A stretch of DNA of 64,000 nucleotides from Isurus oxyrinchus (Eukaryota). Below the pieces are notes generated by a model, which was given only the letters and a program-made list of their open reading frames with translations, made no database searches and had not been told where the DNA came from. This document shows positions 50,123 through 63,479 of this stretch, piece by piece. The translations under genes were made by a program, and so were the position numbers. The stretch is taken from NCBI GenBank assembly GCA_026770705.1, contig JANJGN010000385.1, positions 310,001 through 374,000 of the forward strand. The letters run 5' to 3'. Positions within the stretch are counted from its first letter, which is position 1. Every line of letters begins with the position of its first letter.

Positions 50123-52129
50123 CTCTCTATCCTCCTTTAACGTGGTCCTTATTAACTGCCTTTGTTAACTCAGCTTTTGGTCACCTGTCCCTAATATCTC
50201 TTTATGTGTCTCAGCGATGGATTTATATGTGGTTAACAATCCCCTGAAGAGCTTTGGGACAGCTTGCTACATTATGTGTGCTATATAAATGCAAGTTGTA
50301 GTAAATTTGATCTGCCTTGATTCAGAATGGAACCATGGATACTCCTTCGACAGGGCGTGTGTGCAACAGGCTCGCAATAAATGCATTGCAGAGCAACAAC
50401 TAAGCATGTCCTTTGATGCTGATGCATCCCAGTCCTGCTGTGTGGACACATCACAACCGAGGGACTGCCTGACTGCGTGCAGCCAACATGGCCGAAGAGT
50501 AATTAGCAGAAATGTGACGTCTCTGAACTTTGTTAACATTTCAGAATGTGCTTTCTGAATTCTGCAACTTATTTATTCTGTGATAGATTACAAGAAGCTT
50601 TTGCATTTTCTATAATATTACATTTATTGTCACAAGGGATTGAAATGCCCAGACAACTCTGTACAGATATATTTTTATTAAATATCCTACTCTGGGACAA
50701 CCTCCCTGCTCCAATCTGTTAATTCATGTCATTGCATTTCCCCACCAAATTATGTAAATTCCTGTGTCCACATTTATCATGAAAATTTCCCATGTAAACA
50801 TGTCACACTGTACTTACACTCTCCTGCCAGTGGTGGTGCTGTAGGTGCACCAAATTCTTTCTCAGAGACTGCAGGATATCTCCCAGTTGTCTTTACAATA
50901 TTAAGATACAGGGAATGGGGACAATCTTCACACTGCGGTTATGATGTTGCAAAGACAGAGAGCTGGTGAAACCTACCCCCCTCCACAGTGTTGTGGGCAG
51001 GGTCAGTTCTGGCTGTGAGACCCCCACACTCATTCCACGCCCCCTGTTCATTTCTCCATCCCTGCTCTAACTTAGCGCTTTTACACATGAAGTGCGGGGC
51101 CCACAGGAAAGTGTGGAAGGGCTGCCCATCACAGCTGGAACAAGGTTCCTGGCGGGTCTCCCAGGAAAGAATGGCGGAGCGGGGGAGGGGGAGCAGTGGG
51201 GTCAATATCCACACCCTCCCCAACACCCCCATCACTGTCACTACCAAGAGGGAACATCAGTCTCGAGACAGAGGCCAGAGTGTGACCAACTGAGACAAAC
51301 TGAGACTGAAACCAGCATCAACCAGTGTCCCAGCAAATAAGGTCAGAGTAGGGGAAATGGGGAAAAGACAGAAAGGTTCTTAATCTGAATGCACGCAAGA
51401 GAGAATCTAACCATCTCCCCTTGACATTCAATGGCAGTACCATCACTGAATCCATGAATATCAACAGCCTGGGGGTTACCATAGGCCAGAGAATGAACTG
51501 GACCAGCCACATAAATGCTATGACTGTTAGAGCAGCTCAGAGGCTGGGAATCCTGCGGTGAGTAACTCACCTCCTGACTCCTCAAATCCTGTCCATCATC
51601 GACATAGCACAAGGCAGGAGTGTGAATGGAATACTCTCCACTTGCCTGGATGAGTGCAGCTCCAACAACACTCAAAAGCTTGACACCACCCTGGACAAAG
51701 CAGCCCCGCTTGATTGTCTCCCCCTCAATCACAGCAACACTCACTCCCTCCATCGTCAATGCACAGTGGCAGCAGTGTGTCCCATCTACAACATGAACTT
51801 CAGCAACTCAGCAAGGTTCCTTCAACAGCACCTTCCAAACCCACGACCTCTACCATTGAGAAGGACAAGGGCAGCAGGCATAGGGGAACACCACCACCTG
51901 GAAGTTCGCCTCCAAGACACACATCATCCTGATTTTGAAATATATCGCCGTCCCTTCACTGCCACTGGGTCAAAATCTTGGACTTCCTTCTCTAACTGCA
52001 TTGTGGGTGTACCTACACCACATGGACTGCAGAGGGTCCGGAAGGCAGCTCACCACCACCTTCTCAAGGTAATTAAGGATGGGCCATAAATGCTGGCCTA
52101 GCCAGTGATGCCCACTTCCCATGGAAGAA

Positions 52130-55060
52130 TGAATATATAAAATATAAATTTGGAACAAAATGAATGAAGTCATAGCACAAATAGAGATTAATGGGTACGA
52201 TAAGATGGACACTGCAGAGAGTTGGTTGCAAGGTGACCAAGGATGGAAATTGTAAATTGAAGGATATTTGGACTTTTTGAAAGGATAGGAAAAATGAAAA
52301 GGAGGTGGGGTAGCTCTCTTAATAAAAGATGAGACCTCTGAAGTAGTGAGAAATGATCTTGGCTCAGATGTCAAGATGCACAGTGAGTTTGGGTGAATAT
52401 AAGGAATTGCAAGGGAAAGAAATCTCTGATGGGTTGGTTTATACTCCCCCCTGACAGTAGTTACACTGCAGGGATAGATTATAAATCAATACATGAGGAG
52501 GTCTGTGAGAAAGGCACCACATTAATCATGGGAGTTTTCAATCGTCGTATGGATTAGACAAATCAGATTAGCAAATGTAGCTTTCAGCGAGATTATACAG
52601 ATTGTATTCAGGACAGTATTTGAGAACAATCCAACATGGAACAAACCAGCGAAGAGGCTGTTTTAGACCTGGCAATGTTTAATGAGACAAGACTAATTAA
52701 CATCTCATTGTAAAGGATCCTCAAGGGAAGAGTAATCATACGGTGTGGAAATTTAATATTCAAATTAGAAACTTGGGTCTGAAACTAGTGTCATAAACTT
52801 ATCTAAAGACAATTACAAGGGTTAAAAGCAGAGTCGGCCCAAGTAGGGTGGGACAGCAGGTTAAAGGGGGGATGGAGGTAGATGAACAGTAACAGGTGTC
52901 TAAAGAGATGTTTCATAAATTCCAATGAAGATATTTTCCAGTAAGAAAGAAAGAATCTATAAAAAGGATGGAGCATCGGCGGCTAACTCAGGAAGCTAAG
53001 GACGGTATCCAATTGTGAGATAAAGCCGGCAATGTTGGGACGCTTAGTGATAGGCTGGAGATTGGGAATATTTGAGAAACCAGAAAAGTGAGGGCAGAAA
53101 TATAAGGAGGCAGAAATGATGATATGAGAGTAAACTAGCAAGAACCATAAACAATGTCTGTGAGATGTTGTACATTAAAATAAGAGAGAAGCTACAGTAA
53201 TAATGGGACACATAGAAAATCAGACTGGGGAATTAATAATGGGAAACAAGGAAATGACAGAGACTTTCAACAAGAATTTTGTGTCTGTCTTCACAGTAAA
53301 AATCTCTAAAACCATCCCAATAGCAGGAGAAAGTCACGGTGCAACAAGGAGGGAGGAACATAAAACAATCACTATCACCAGAGAAAAAGTATTAAGAAAA
53401 CTAATGAGACAGATGCTGACAAGTCCCATGGAGCAGACGGCCTGAATGTGAGGGTCTGAAAGGAAATGGCTGCAGAGACGGTGGATGCATTGGTTGTAAT
53501 CTTCCAGAATTCCTTAGGTTATGGGAAGGTCCCAGTGGATTGGAAAAACATAAATAAAACATCTCTGTTCAATAAAGGGAGGAGGCAGAAAGCAAGAAAC
53601 CACAGGTCAGTTAGTCTAATATCTGTCATTGGGAAAATACCAGAATTCATTATGAAGGAGGTAGCAGCAGGACATTTAGAAAACCATAATTCAATCAGAC
53701 AGAGTCAACATGGGTTTGTGAAAGGGATATCATGTCTGAAAAAATTATTAGATTTCCTCGAGGATGTAACAAGTGGATTGGATAAAGGGGAACCTGTAGA
53801 TGTGGTGTATTAGGGACTATGACACAGCCAAGGGTAAAGGCTGAGTTGTTCAAATCCCAGAGGGAAAATTGAAACAACTGTCATAACCCAATTTTGCTGT
53901 TTGTAATTTCGAGATGAAGACTTTGAATTCAGTAGGAATTAGACCACCGAGGATTTTGAGTTTTTTTATATAAAACTAAATAAACCATTTATTAATTTAA
54001 CAACAAATTTAACACATACACATTGGCTACAAATAACTACTATAATAAATTTTTAACAAATCCCCCAATTAATCACCCCCATGTAAATCTCTACTAAGGC
54101 AACAATGAACCATTGACATAATATAGACACCAGGCAAAGCACATTTGACATTACGAGTTCCGAATGAGGTTCCTTTGCAAGTTGGTTGGAGGCTACAGGC
54201 TGGTTAGGTCTGAAATGCTCCTGCCTCACACACACAAACTCCTTCCTTTATATAGCTAGCTTTCCCTTTGAATGTAAATTTTCCATTGTATCACTCGGAC
54301 TTCTGAACTCCAGCTCTTCGAACAATAAAACCCCCTTTCACAGCACCAATTTCATTAGTAAGTTCAAGAAAAAACACATCTTTTGGCTCCTTCTAACTAG
54401 GTGCAAGATTTTACCCCCAGTCTGGAATGGTTTATTCAACAATTGCAAATGAACACTTTACTGTTCTCCTCACAATTCACCCAATTAACATCTCAAAACT
54501 ACTAAACATCAAAGCACACAGACCAGCTGGCTTTAATCCAATTAAGACACACACAGACACACACCTATACATGGACCACCACAAGAATTCTATTTGAAAA
54601 TATAATTTCCAAGCACATTTTACACACAAATATCTCTTCATGACATTGGATTTCCAAAAGGCTTTCGATAAGGTGCCACATCAAAGGATACTGCACAGGG
54701 TGAAATTGGATGGTGTTGGGGGGGATATATTAATACGGATAGAGGACTGGCTAACTGACAGGAAACAGAGAGCCAGGATAAATGGGTGATTTTCAGCTTG
54801 GTAAACTGTAACTAGTGGAGAGCCACAGGGATCAGTGCTGAGGCCTCAACTATTCACAATCTACATTAGTAACTTGGATGAAGGGACTGACTGTACTGTA
54901 GGCAGATTTTCTGACTGTATGGTGAAGATAGGTAGGAAATATATAAGCTGAGCAGGAAAGCAAGTTGTGAGGAGGACACAAAGAGGCTGCAGAGGGAGAT
55001 AAATAATTTCAGTGAGTGGATAAAAAAATGAGTGGATGGAATATAAGGAGGGAAAATGTC
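52130..55060 (+). mobile_element. Degenerate CR1 LINE ORF2 (APE-RT), interrupted by a solo LTR
   Basis: VPVDWK...SLISVIGK..E...SQHGFVKGISC..LLDF.EDVT..LDKGEPVDVVY, resuming as LDFQKAFDKVPH at 54646. Confidence 0.85.
53818..54645. mobile_element. Solo LTR-like element nested in CR1
   Basis: Splits the CR1 VVY|LDF motif. TATGACACAG...TCATGACA, homologous to 48274-49025. Confidence 0.7.
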
Positions 55061-55161
55061 AGGGTGTCCAGCTGATCCTACTTGTTCTGTTCTTATATTC
55101 TTATACAGACACAGGGTTTGCTGACAGTGCACAGCAAAGTGCTGTTCACTCACTTTGTTCC

Positions 55162-55302
55162 AACTTCCTCATTTTGGCTCACAGTGACGCATCAGCCTTT
55201 TCTAATTTAATACACAGATGGATCAGCACAGGATGAGGTCATTCAGCCCAAGCAGAGCGTGTGGGCAGTTCCTCCCCAGGCGAGCAGTCGGACAGGTCCT
55301 GG
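55162..55302 (+). promoter_or_regulatory. Gene D non-coding 5' exon and ETS-like block
   Basis: AACTTCCTCATTTTG...TGG|gtaagt. Confidence 0.55.
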
Positions 55303-55731
55303 GTAAGTAACGGAACGATTGGAATTCACTTCCACCACCAACATCGTCCTTTGTTGATGTTGTGACTTTATAAAGACAGATTCCAATGATTGATGCCTTT
55401 GAAAGATTTCTACTGATTATTGAGTTCTGGGTGTGAGGCTCAAGTTGTACAGAACATCTTTCTAGCTCAAGGGACATGAGCGTGGGGACGTCCTGAGGTG
55501 GTGAAAGGTGCTATAGAAATGCAAGTCCTTCATTGTTTTTCTTTCTTAAAGCCTTGTAACTCTCTGCAGAGCACCTATCATCCCACAGAGAATCAAATTT
55601 GTCTGTGAGGATATTGTCTAAAAGCAGTTCTGATCTCTCAAGAGCATTCGGACAAGAGGTGAAGTCTCATTAACTCCTTTCTCTTTCAGAACTTCAGAGT
55701 TAGAAGCTGAGGAAATATCTGGGAGTGGACA

Positions 55732-55771
55732 ATGATCGGGAAATCTTACTTCCTCCTGTCGCTTCTCCAAG
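55732..55771 (+). CDS. Gene D leader exon
   Basis: MIGKSYFLLSLLQ + G|gtaat. Confidence 0.85.
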
Positions 55772-56962
55772 GTAATACCATCGTCAGCTCGGACAGATTT
55801 ATGGTTAATAGTCTTTGTTAAAGATCATTCTTATTGAGCTCTGATAGGGAACTGATTCAGCAGTGATCCAGTGTACAAACTCACACCAAGTCCCATTCAA
55901 ACATCAGCCCTGTGCTCACTGATATACACTGACTCCCTGTCTGACAGCAGAATTGGTGGAGACCAGTGGTCTTGAAGGGTTGTAGGGGCTGGAGGAGTTT
56001 ACAGGGATAGGCAGGTTTGTAGCAGCGAGAGCAGAATCTTGAAATTCAGGTGCTGTCGGACGTTGGTCAGTGAGCGATGGGGAGTGATGGGTTGAGTAGA
56101 GAAGCAGGGATAAAAACTGGGGGATGAAGTCTATCCTAATGTTAGGTCTCCGATAGCAATGGCCTGAAATTTGTATCCTTTGCTGCCTTTATTCAAAATT
56201 TCCCATGAAGACAACACAGCAGCTCCTAGAATAGACAGGCTGTTCAGTGTCACACTTCCTGTCCATTCTCACCTTGCTAGATACTTCAATAAGGGAGCAA
56301 GATAACTGAAAGAGAGAAGGGAGGCAAAGCTGTCTGTGTGTAAAACTGTCAAATATTCTGAGTTATCATGATTGTCTCTGATCTGCTGCAGAGTTTAAAT
56401 TTCACAGAATCTGGGCACTTTGCAGCTCAGAGAGAGACCATTGCCTCACTGCCTGAAAGGGCGGTGGAAGCAGATTCAACAGGAACTTTCAGAAGGGGAA
56501 CTGGATAAATTCTTGAAGGGAAATTTGCAGGAATGTGCGAAAGGTGTTGGAGAGGAATTGGGAAAGAGTCAGCACATGCACGATGGGTCACATGAGCTCC
56601 TCCTGTGTTGTATCAATCAACAATCAGACAGTTTAAGACCCTTATCAGCAAATCTTCAGAATCCTGCTGAATCACAGATGTTTCAGAAGGACAGGGAACA
56701 CAAGGTTTTTGGTATCAACACTTCATGTGGGGCCCAGTTCAGTTGGAACAAAAAAAATGACAACACCATCTTTGAAAGTCATGAACCCACCACAGCGGCA
56801 CCTCCGACACATGCAGAGCTCAGGCTAGAGGCACTTTGTTAGTGTGTTTCACAGTGTCAGCTGGAGTAGGGTCAGTGCTGAGCTTGGGGACAAGTCAGTC
56901 TACAATGCTGCATCGGAATCAACAATACAACAATATGGGGTTTGGATCAGAAATAATCCCTT

Positions 56963-57131
56963 TGACAATGAGGATCCAAAGAGATTCCTTAGACAATGAG
57001 GATCCAAAGAGATTCCTTAGACAATGAGAATCCATAGAGATTCCTTAGACAATGAGGATCCAAAGAGATTCCTTAGACAATGAGAATCCATAGAGATTCC
57101 TTAGACACTGAGGATCCAAAGAGATTCCTTA
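56963..57131 (+). repeat. 28-bp tandem repeat (AGACAATGAGGATCCAAAGAGATTCCTT), about 6 units
   Basis: Directly visible. Confidence 0.9.
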
Positions 57132-58820
57132 TTCCATTGGTTGTCTAACTGGGGTTCATGATTTTCCAAGGGGTCCTTGGCAGAATCAAATTATCGAGCA
57201 ATAGTGTGTAAAATACCGGAGAGAACGGGAAAGGTGGGATCAATGGAAAACTGTTCACTCTGTTTACACTAATGGGAGTTAGTCTCAGTAATGGAGACCA
57301 TGAAACTATCATCGATTGTCATACACACCCATCTGGTTCACTAATGGCCTTTAGGGAAGGAAATCTGCCGTCTATATCTGGTCTGGCCTACATGTGACTC
57401 CAGACTCATAGCAACGTGGTTCCTCTGAAATGTCCGAGCAAACCATCCAGTTCTCACCATGCTAGAAACTTCAATAAGGGAGTAAGATAACTGAAAGAGA
57501 GAAGGAAGTCAAAGCTGTTCATGTGGATAGATGTCAAATATCCTGAGTGATCATGATTGTCTCTACTCTGCTACAGAGATTATGTCACGGGACATTAGAG
57601 ATGGGCAGCAAATGCTGGCCTTGGCAGCGACGCCCACATCCCATGAATGAATACATTTACAAAATCTTATTACTTGGAAGGTGCAAGTGCAGGTTGTTAT
57701 GATCCTTGAGCAGACCCTCTCAGCACTGACCCTACTCCAGCAGACCCTGTGAAACACACTAACAAAGCGCCTCTCGCCTGAGCTCTGCATGTGTCGGAGG
57801 TGCCACTGTGGTGGGTTCATGACTTTCAAAGATGGTGTTGTTTATTTGTTCAAACTGAACTGGGCCCCACACAAAACGCTGATACCAGAAAACTCTTGTT
57901 CCCTGTCCTTCTGAAATATCCGTGACTTCAGCAGGATTCTGAAGAGTTGCTGATGGAGGAACAGACACCCAATTTTTTTGAAAATTTATAGTTAGGAACC
58001 AATAATATTTTGTTTCAAGTAGACGAGGTTTGAGATTTAAGATGCTTGCAAAGAGAATAAAGCTACAAGATTCCATGGATTTTAAACAAACAAAAATAAA
58101 CTTGACTGCCCCAGTTCAGAAAGATAAAATAATTCACAATATCCACCTTATACCCTAACATTCTGGATTAACATGAGCTCATGTGAATTAACAGGCAAAC
58201 TGTGGTCTCACAGCCACATTACTCATTAAATTGTAAACGCGACCAAGATAGAGCCCATGGATTTCACAACAACCCACCCGGACATCAGTGAACACTGTCA
58301 GTCAACCAATCTCACTGAAACTCTGTTTCTCTCATGAGGGATTTCAGTCTTCAACTTCGAAGATCTTGCCTTGGAATTCTCTCCAAAAGTTGCTTCAACT
58401 CGGATGGCCTCAGTGACGTTCCACCTCACAGCGTTTCCATCTCTTCTCCTGAGTCTCCATTGCCCTGGATTCCCGACTATATACTCAAGTACCACTAGGT
58501 TTAGATGAAATGTTTTGATTGACTGGGTAGACAGAGAATGTTCCCTCTTGTGGGCAGGAGAATAACTAGAGGCCGAGTGATTGGTGATTCCTTAAACGTT
58601 GAAGAGGGAATGAACACCAATCAGATTGGCTAATCTGATTCAATCAGCTGTGTTGAAGAGCAGACAGGAATGTTAGGCTAATTAGTGATTCATGACGGTG
58701 ATAATGGGGGGAGTTCTGAGGGCTCCTAATCCATTGTCCTGTCTTGTAAATCAGCACTGAATGGATCTCAGTTGGTGTGTCTTGTAGACACTGTGTTGGG
58801 TAGAAGACTGGCTTCACTAA

Positions 58821-59090
58821 GGGGAAGCGGTAGCAGAGAGGTATTGTCACTGGGCTAGTATTCCAGAGACCAAGGGTGATGCTCTGGGGCCCTGGGTGTG
58901 AATTCCATCACGGCAGATGAATGGGATTAAAAAGCCTGGTTCACTGATCACCATAAGGGAAGGAAATCTGCGACCCTTACCCAGTGTGCCCTACATGTCA
59001 CTCCAATCCCACCGCAATGTGGTTGACTATTAAATGCCTCTGATGGACATGGGATGGGTAATAAATCCCATGAATGAATAATTTGAAAAA
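58821..59090 (+). mobile_element. tRNA-derived SINE-like insertion with ACTAA target-site duplication
   Basis: ACTAA at 58816-58820 and 59091-59095. The empty site is seen in the paralog at ~25384. A-rich tail. Confidence 0.75.
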
Positions 59091-59312
59091 ACTAAATAGA
59101 GTCCTGAGGACCAGGAGCCAAGGTAGAATGAACTTGTCCACTCCTGTGTCCAGGATTCTCATCGATCCATTGTGAAACCTTGGGGAGTTACTTGTGTGTC
59201 CTGTAGATGGTCCAAACTGCAGCCACTGTGCCCCAGTGATGGAGGGAGTGGATATCAAGAATTATGGATCGAAAAAACATCCAGAGTTAAATATTGATTT
59301 TTCTCTCCCCAG

Positions 59313-59678
59313 TTGGACTGTCACAAGAGTGGAAAGGTGATACTCCACGAGAGGTGACAGCGCAGGAAGGTTCGTGTGTACAGATTCCATGTCATTACAG
59401 TTATCCAGCACATTTGGAAAGCCAACCACGAGGTGGAGTCTGGTTTAATAATGAGGAACGGAGAAGATTGTCCATAGCCTTTCACTCCAAGGATCACCGT
59501 CACGAGTTACCACGGTTCCGCCATCGGACCCGGCTGTCTGGAGACCTGAAAGATGGTGACTGTTCCCTGATTATAAACAACATCAGACGGGAAGATGCAG
59601 GACCTTATTTTTTCAGAATAGAATTTGACAATGGTCCGCGCTATAACTATTACCCTGTAACCCGGCTTCACATTTCTG
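59313..59678 (+). CDS. Gene D V-set exon (Arg present)
   Basis: 366 nt, open. CVQIPC...GGVWF...DCSL...YFFRIE. Confidence 0.9.
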
Positions 59679-60708
59679 GTAAGTGCTGTGTTATAATTAC
59701 TCAACAATTCACATTCAACACTCAGTGGGAAATAACACAAACTGTGACGTTTACATATTAACACAAAACACAGCTTATTATAACATACTGTCTGATTCTC
59801 AACAACCTGGTGATAGCTTCCAGTTCAGTCCTAAAGCAACCTCTAATACTCACTTTAATATCAATGATTAAATGTGTTGACTGTGTCCATCAATGTTATC
59901 AGGTTATCCACTCACATAGAACTCTCTAATCCCTATTTAAAAGTCTGGCAAATTGACAAAGTAAAGACTTGCATTTCTATAGCACCTTTCACCATGTACC
60001 AAATCACTTCACAGACAATGAAGAAATTCTTGAAGTATAGTCACTGTCTAACGTGGCAGTGAGTTTGTTCACAGGAAGCTCCCACAGAGAGCAATGGGAT
60101 CAGTGACCCAGATCTCTGAGAGAATGATGAGCCAGGGTTCCATGAGCTGTGGACTGCTCCATCACCCACACCCCAGTGTTGGCAATTCAAGGGTCTGGGA
60201 GTGAAAGTGTATTGAGCTCAGTGACACATTCCCCACCAAGTTTGAAAATAAGAAAGTTGCTGCTGATTGTTGTTACCTCTCAGTTCCCATCTCATCCTTG
60301 GAAACCTGCTTTCAAAATACAAAAGCAAGTCTCACATTTCCATAGCGCCTTTCACCACCTCAGGACGATCCTAAACTGATTCACAGCCAATGAAGTGAAA
60401 CTGTGACGTTTACATATTAACACAAAACACAGCTTATTATAACACAATGTCTGATTCTCAATAACCTGGTGATAGCTTCCAGTTCAGTCCTAAAGCAACA
60501 TTTAAAACTCACTTTAATATCAATGATTAAATGTATTCCACTCCCATCGATCTCTCGAATCGTGTCTAACAGTCTATCAGGATCGTTAAAACATCTCAGT
60601 TCTGATATCATCCTTGTAAAAGTGCTTTCTCTTGTGGGACTGTGGTTTCTATTTGAACTGATGCTTCACGTTATATTTCTCTAAAAGGATCCATTCTCTG
60701 TCTGTTAG

Positions 60709-61005
60709 ATTTCACAGATAAACCCACGATATTCCCTGCTGAAATTAATGCAGGAGAGCGTGTGGATGTAAGCTGCACCTTCAACACAACGTGCAGTGGA
60801 ACAGCAGCACCTGTCTTATCCTGGGACATTCCCACTGACGTACCTGGATCAGTCTCAAACACTGTAACTCATCATGGTGTCACTCTGACCTATACTTCTG
60901 TTCTGACCCTGATCCCATCACTCAAACACCACGGACACACTCTAAGCTGCAGAGTGAGATATCCATCTGTTTCATCGGAGAAGACCCTCGTACTAACTGT
61001 GCAAG
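60709..61005 (+). CDS. Gene D C2a exon
   Basis: 297 nt, open, phase 1-1. Confidence 0.9.
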
Positions 61006-61129
61006 GTAAGAACAGACACCCTTCCATCTACATTAGCTAGAATGCTCTACATAGTACACTGCAAGATCCCACAACTGCATTGTGTTTAGCAACAAATCAA
61101 TAGTCTTTAACTGATACAAATCCGCCTCT

Positions 61130-61715
61130 GACACTGCAGCAGTCCTTGAATACTGACTCTCCAACACTGCAGCACTCCCTCAGTACTGACCCTTTGACAG
61201 TGCAGCACTCCCTCAGTACTGACCCTTCAACAGTGCAGTGCTCCCTCAGTACTGACCCTCTGACAGTGCAGCACTCCCTCTGTACTGACCCTCTAACAGT
61301 GCAGCACTCCCTCAGTACTGACCCTTCGACAGTGCAGCACTCCCTCAGTACTGACCCTTCAACAGTGCAGTGCTCCCTCAGTACTGACCCTCCCACAGTG
61401 CAGCACCCCCTCAGTAATGACTCTTCGACAGTGCAGCACCCACTCAGTACTGACCTTCTGAGAGTGCAGCACATCCTCATTTCTGACCCTCCGACAGTGC
61501 AGCAACCCCTCTGTACTGACCATCAGACAGTGCAGCAGTCCCTATGTACTGAACCTCTGACAGTGCAGCACTCCCTCAGTACTGACTCTCTGACAGTGCA
61601 GCACTCCCTCAGTACTTACCCACCGACAGTACAGCACTCCCTCAGTACTGACCCTCTGACAGTGCAGCACTCCCTCAGTACTGACCCTCCCACAGTGCAG
61701 CACACCCTCAGTACT
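61130..61715 (-). repeat. 33-bp minisatellite
   Basis: About 17 tandem units. Only a single unit is present at the paralogous sites ~7170-7200 and ~27165-27200. Confidence 0.9.
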
Positions 61716-61849
61716 GAACTGAGGTGTCTGGCTGGATTATGGGCTTTGTGGTGAAAGAACCTATATTGATATCACACCTTTCACATTCTCAGTGTCTTTC
61801 AAAGTGCTTCACAGTCAGTGTAACTTAATTGATGTTTATTTGTTTTTAG

Positions 61850-62131
61850 ATGGACCACAGAATCTCTCAATTACTTCTCTTGATGTGATTAACGCTTCAT
61901 CGATCAATATAATTGAGGGGAATTCTGCAGTGATAATCTGCTCTGTCGAGAGCTTCCCAGCTTCTAACCTGACGTGGCGACATCTTAATGTCCCAATGAA
62001 CAGAACAAGTTCCAACAATGAGCTGTGGTTGGTGATTCCTCACGTTACATCCAGGGACACTGGAGACTATCAGTGTGTGGCAGAGAATGAACATGGAGCA
62101 GTGGAGGGATTCATAACCATCACTGTGGAAC
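61850..62131 (+). CDS. Gene D C2b exon (only intact copy in the window)
   Basis: 282 nt, ttttag|...C|gtgagt. GPQNLSIT...VIICSVESFPASNLTW...DTGDYQCVAENEHG. Confidence 0.9.
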
Positions 62132-63382
62132 GTGAGTTACACAGAATTGAACATTCTGTTTTTATTAGCTCATGGGATATGGGCATTGTTGACAAGGCCA
62201 TCTGTAACTGCCCCTTGAGAAGGTGGTGGTGAGCTGCCTTCTTTAACTACTGCAGTCCATGTGGTGTAGGTACACCCACTGTGCTGTTAGGGAGGGAGTT
62301 CCATGATTTTGTCCCAGCGACGGTGAAGGTACGGCCGATATATTTCCAAATCTCATGGAAGACCAACACCACAAGTTCGCCTCCAAGTCACACACCACAC
62401 TGACTTGGAACTGTCTTGGTGGAAGAGGTTAAGGGTTTGGAAGGTGCTGTCGAAGGAGCCTTGGTGAGTTGCTGCAGCACATTTTGTAGATGGTGCACAC
62501 TGCGGCCATTGTGTGCCAGTGGTGGAGGGTATGAATGTTTATGCTGGTGGATGGGCTGTCGATCAAACAAGCTGCTCCTGGATGGTGTCGAGCTTCTTGA
62601 GTGTTGTTGGAGCTGCACTTATTCAGGCAATTGGAGATTATTCCATCACACTCCTGACTTGTGCCTTGTCCGATGGTGGACAGGCTTTGGGGGGTCAGGA
62701 GTTGAATTACTCACCGCAGAGTTCCCAGCCTCTTACCCGCTCTTGTAGCCACATTATTTCCTGTTGCCGGGTTGTTGCCAGGGCCATTAGCCTTTGCTGT
62801 ATCCAGTATCATCAGCTGATTCCTGATGTCACGTGGAGTCAATTGAATTGTCTGAAAGCTGACATCTGTGATGCTGGGACCCTCTGGAGGAGGCCGAGAT
62901 GGAGCATCCACTCAGCACTTCTGGCTGAACATGGTTGCCAATGCTTCAGCCTTGTCGTTTGCACTGATGTGCTGAGCTCCCCCATCGTTAAGGATGGGGA
63001 TATTTGTGGAACATCCTCCTCCTGTTAGATCTTTAATTGTCCATCACCATTCATGACTGGATGTGGCAGGACTGCAGAGCTTAGATCTGACCCGTTGGTT
63101 GTGGGATCGCTTTGCTCTGTCTATAGCATGTTGTTTCCGCTGTTTGGCGTGTATGTATTCCTGTGTGTCACCTCAGCAGCTTGGCACCTCTGTTATATGT
63201 GAATCCTCCTTATAGAAACCTGCATGTACATGGATATTATCAATAAATATTACATAGATAAATGTTATTTGTATAGACCTTTCATGCATAGACAATATCA
63301 CTTCACAAGTTCAGAATTACTACATGTACATAGGGAACCATTCTCAAACTGTACCGGAGTCATTCATTGGCTGATTTTACAG

Positions 63383-63479
63383 GGCGAGATTCCAATGAAT
63401 GGAAAGCAGGATTGCTTGGAGCTGGAATCTGTTTGAGTGTTGGACTGAGTGGATTCTTCATCTTCAAGTGTGTGAGAAA
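63383..63479 (+). CDS. Gene D transmembrane exon (inhibitory-type homolog); tail exons lie beyond the window
   Basis: ttttacag|...AA|gtaagt, 97 nt like gene C. RDSNEWKAGLLGAGICLSVGLSGFFIFKCVRK. Confidence 0.8.
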
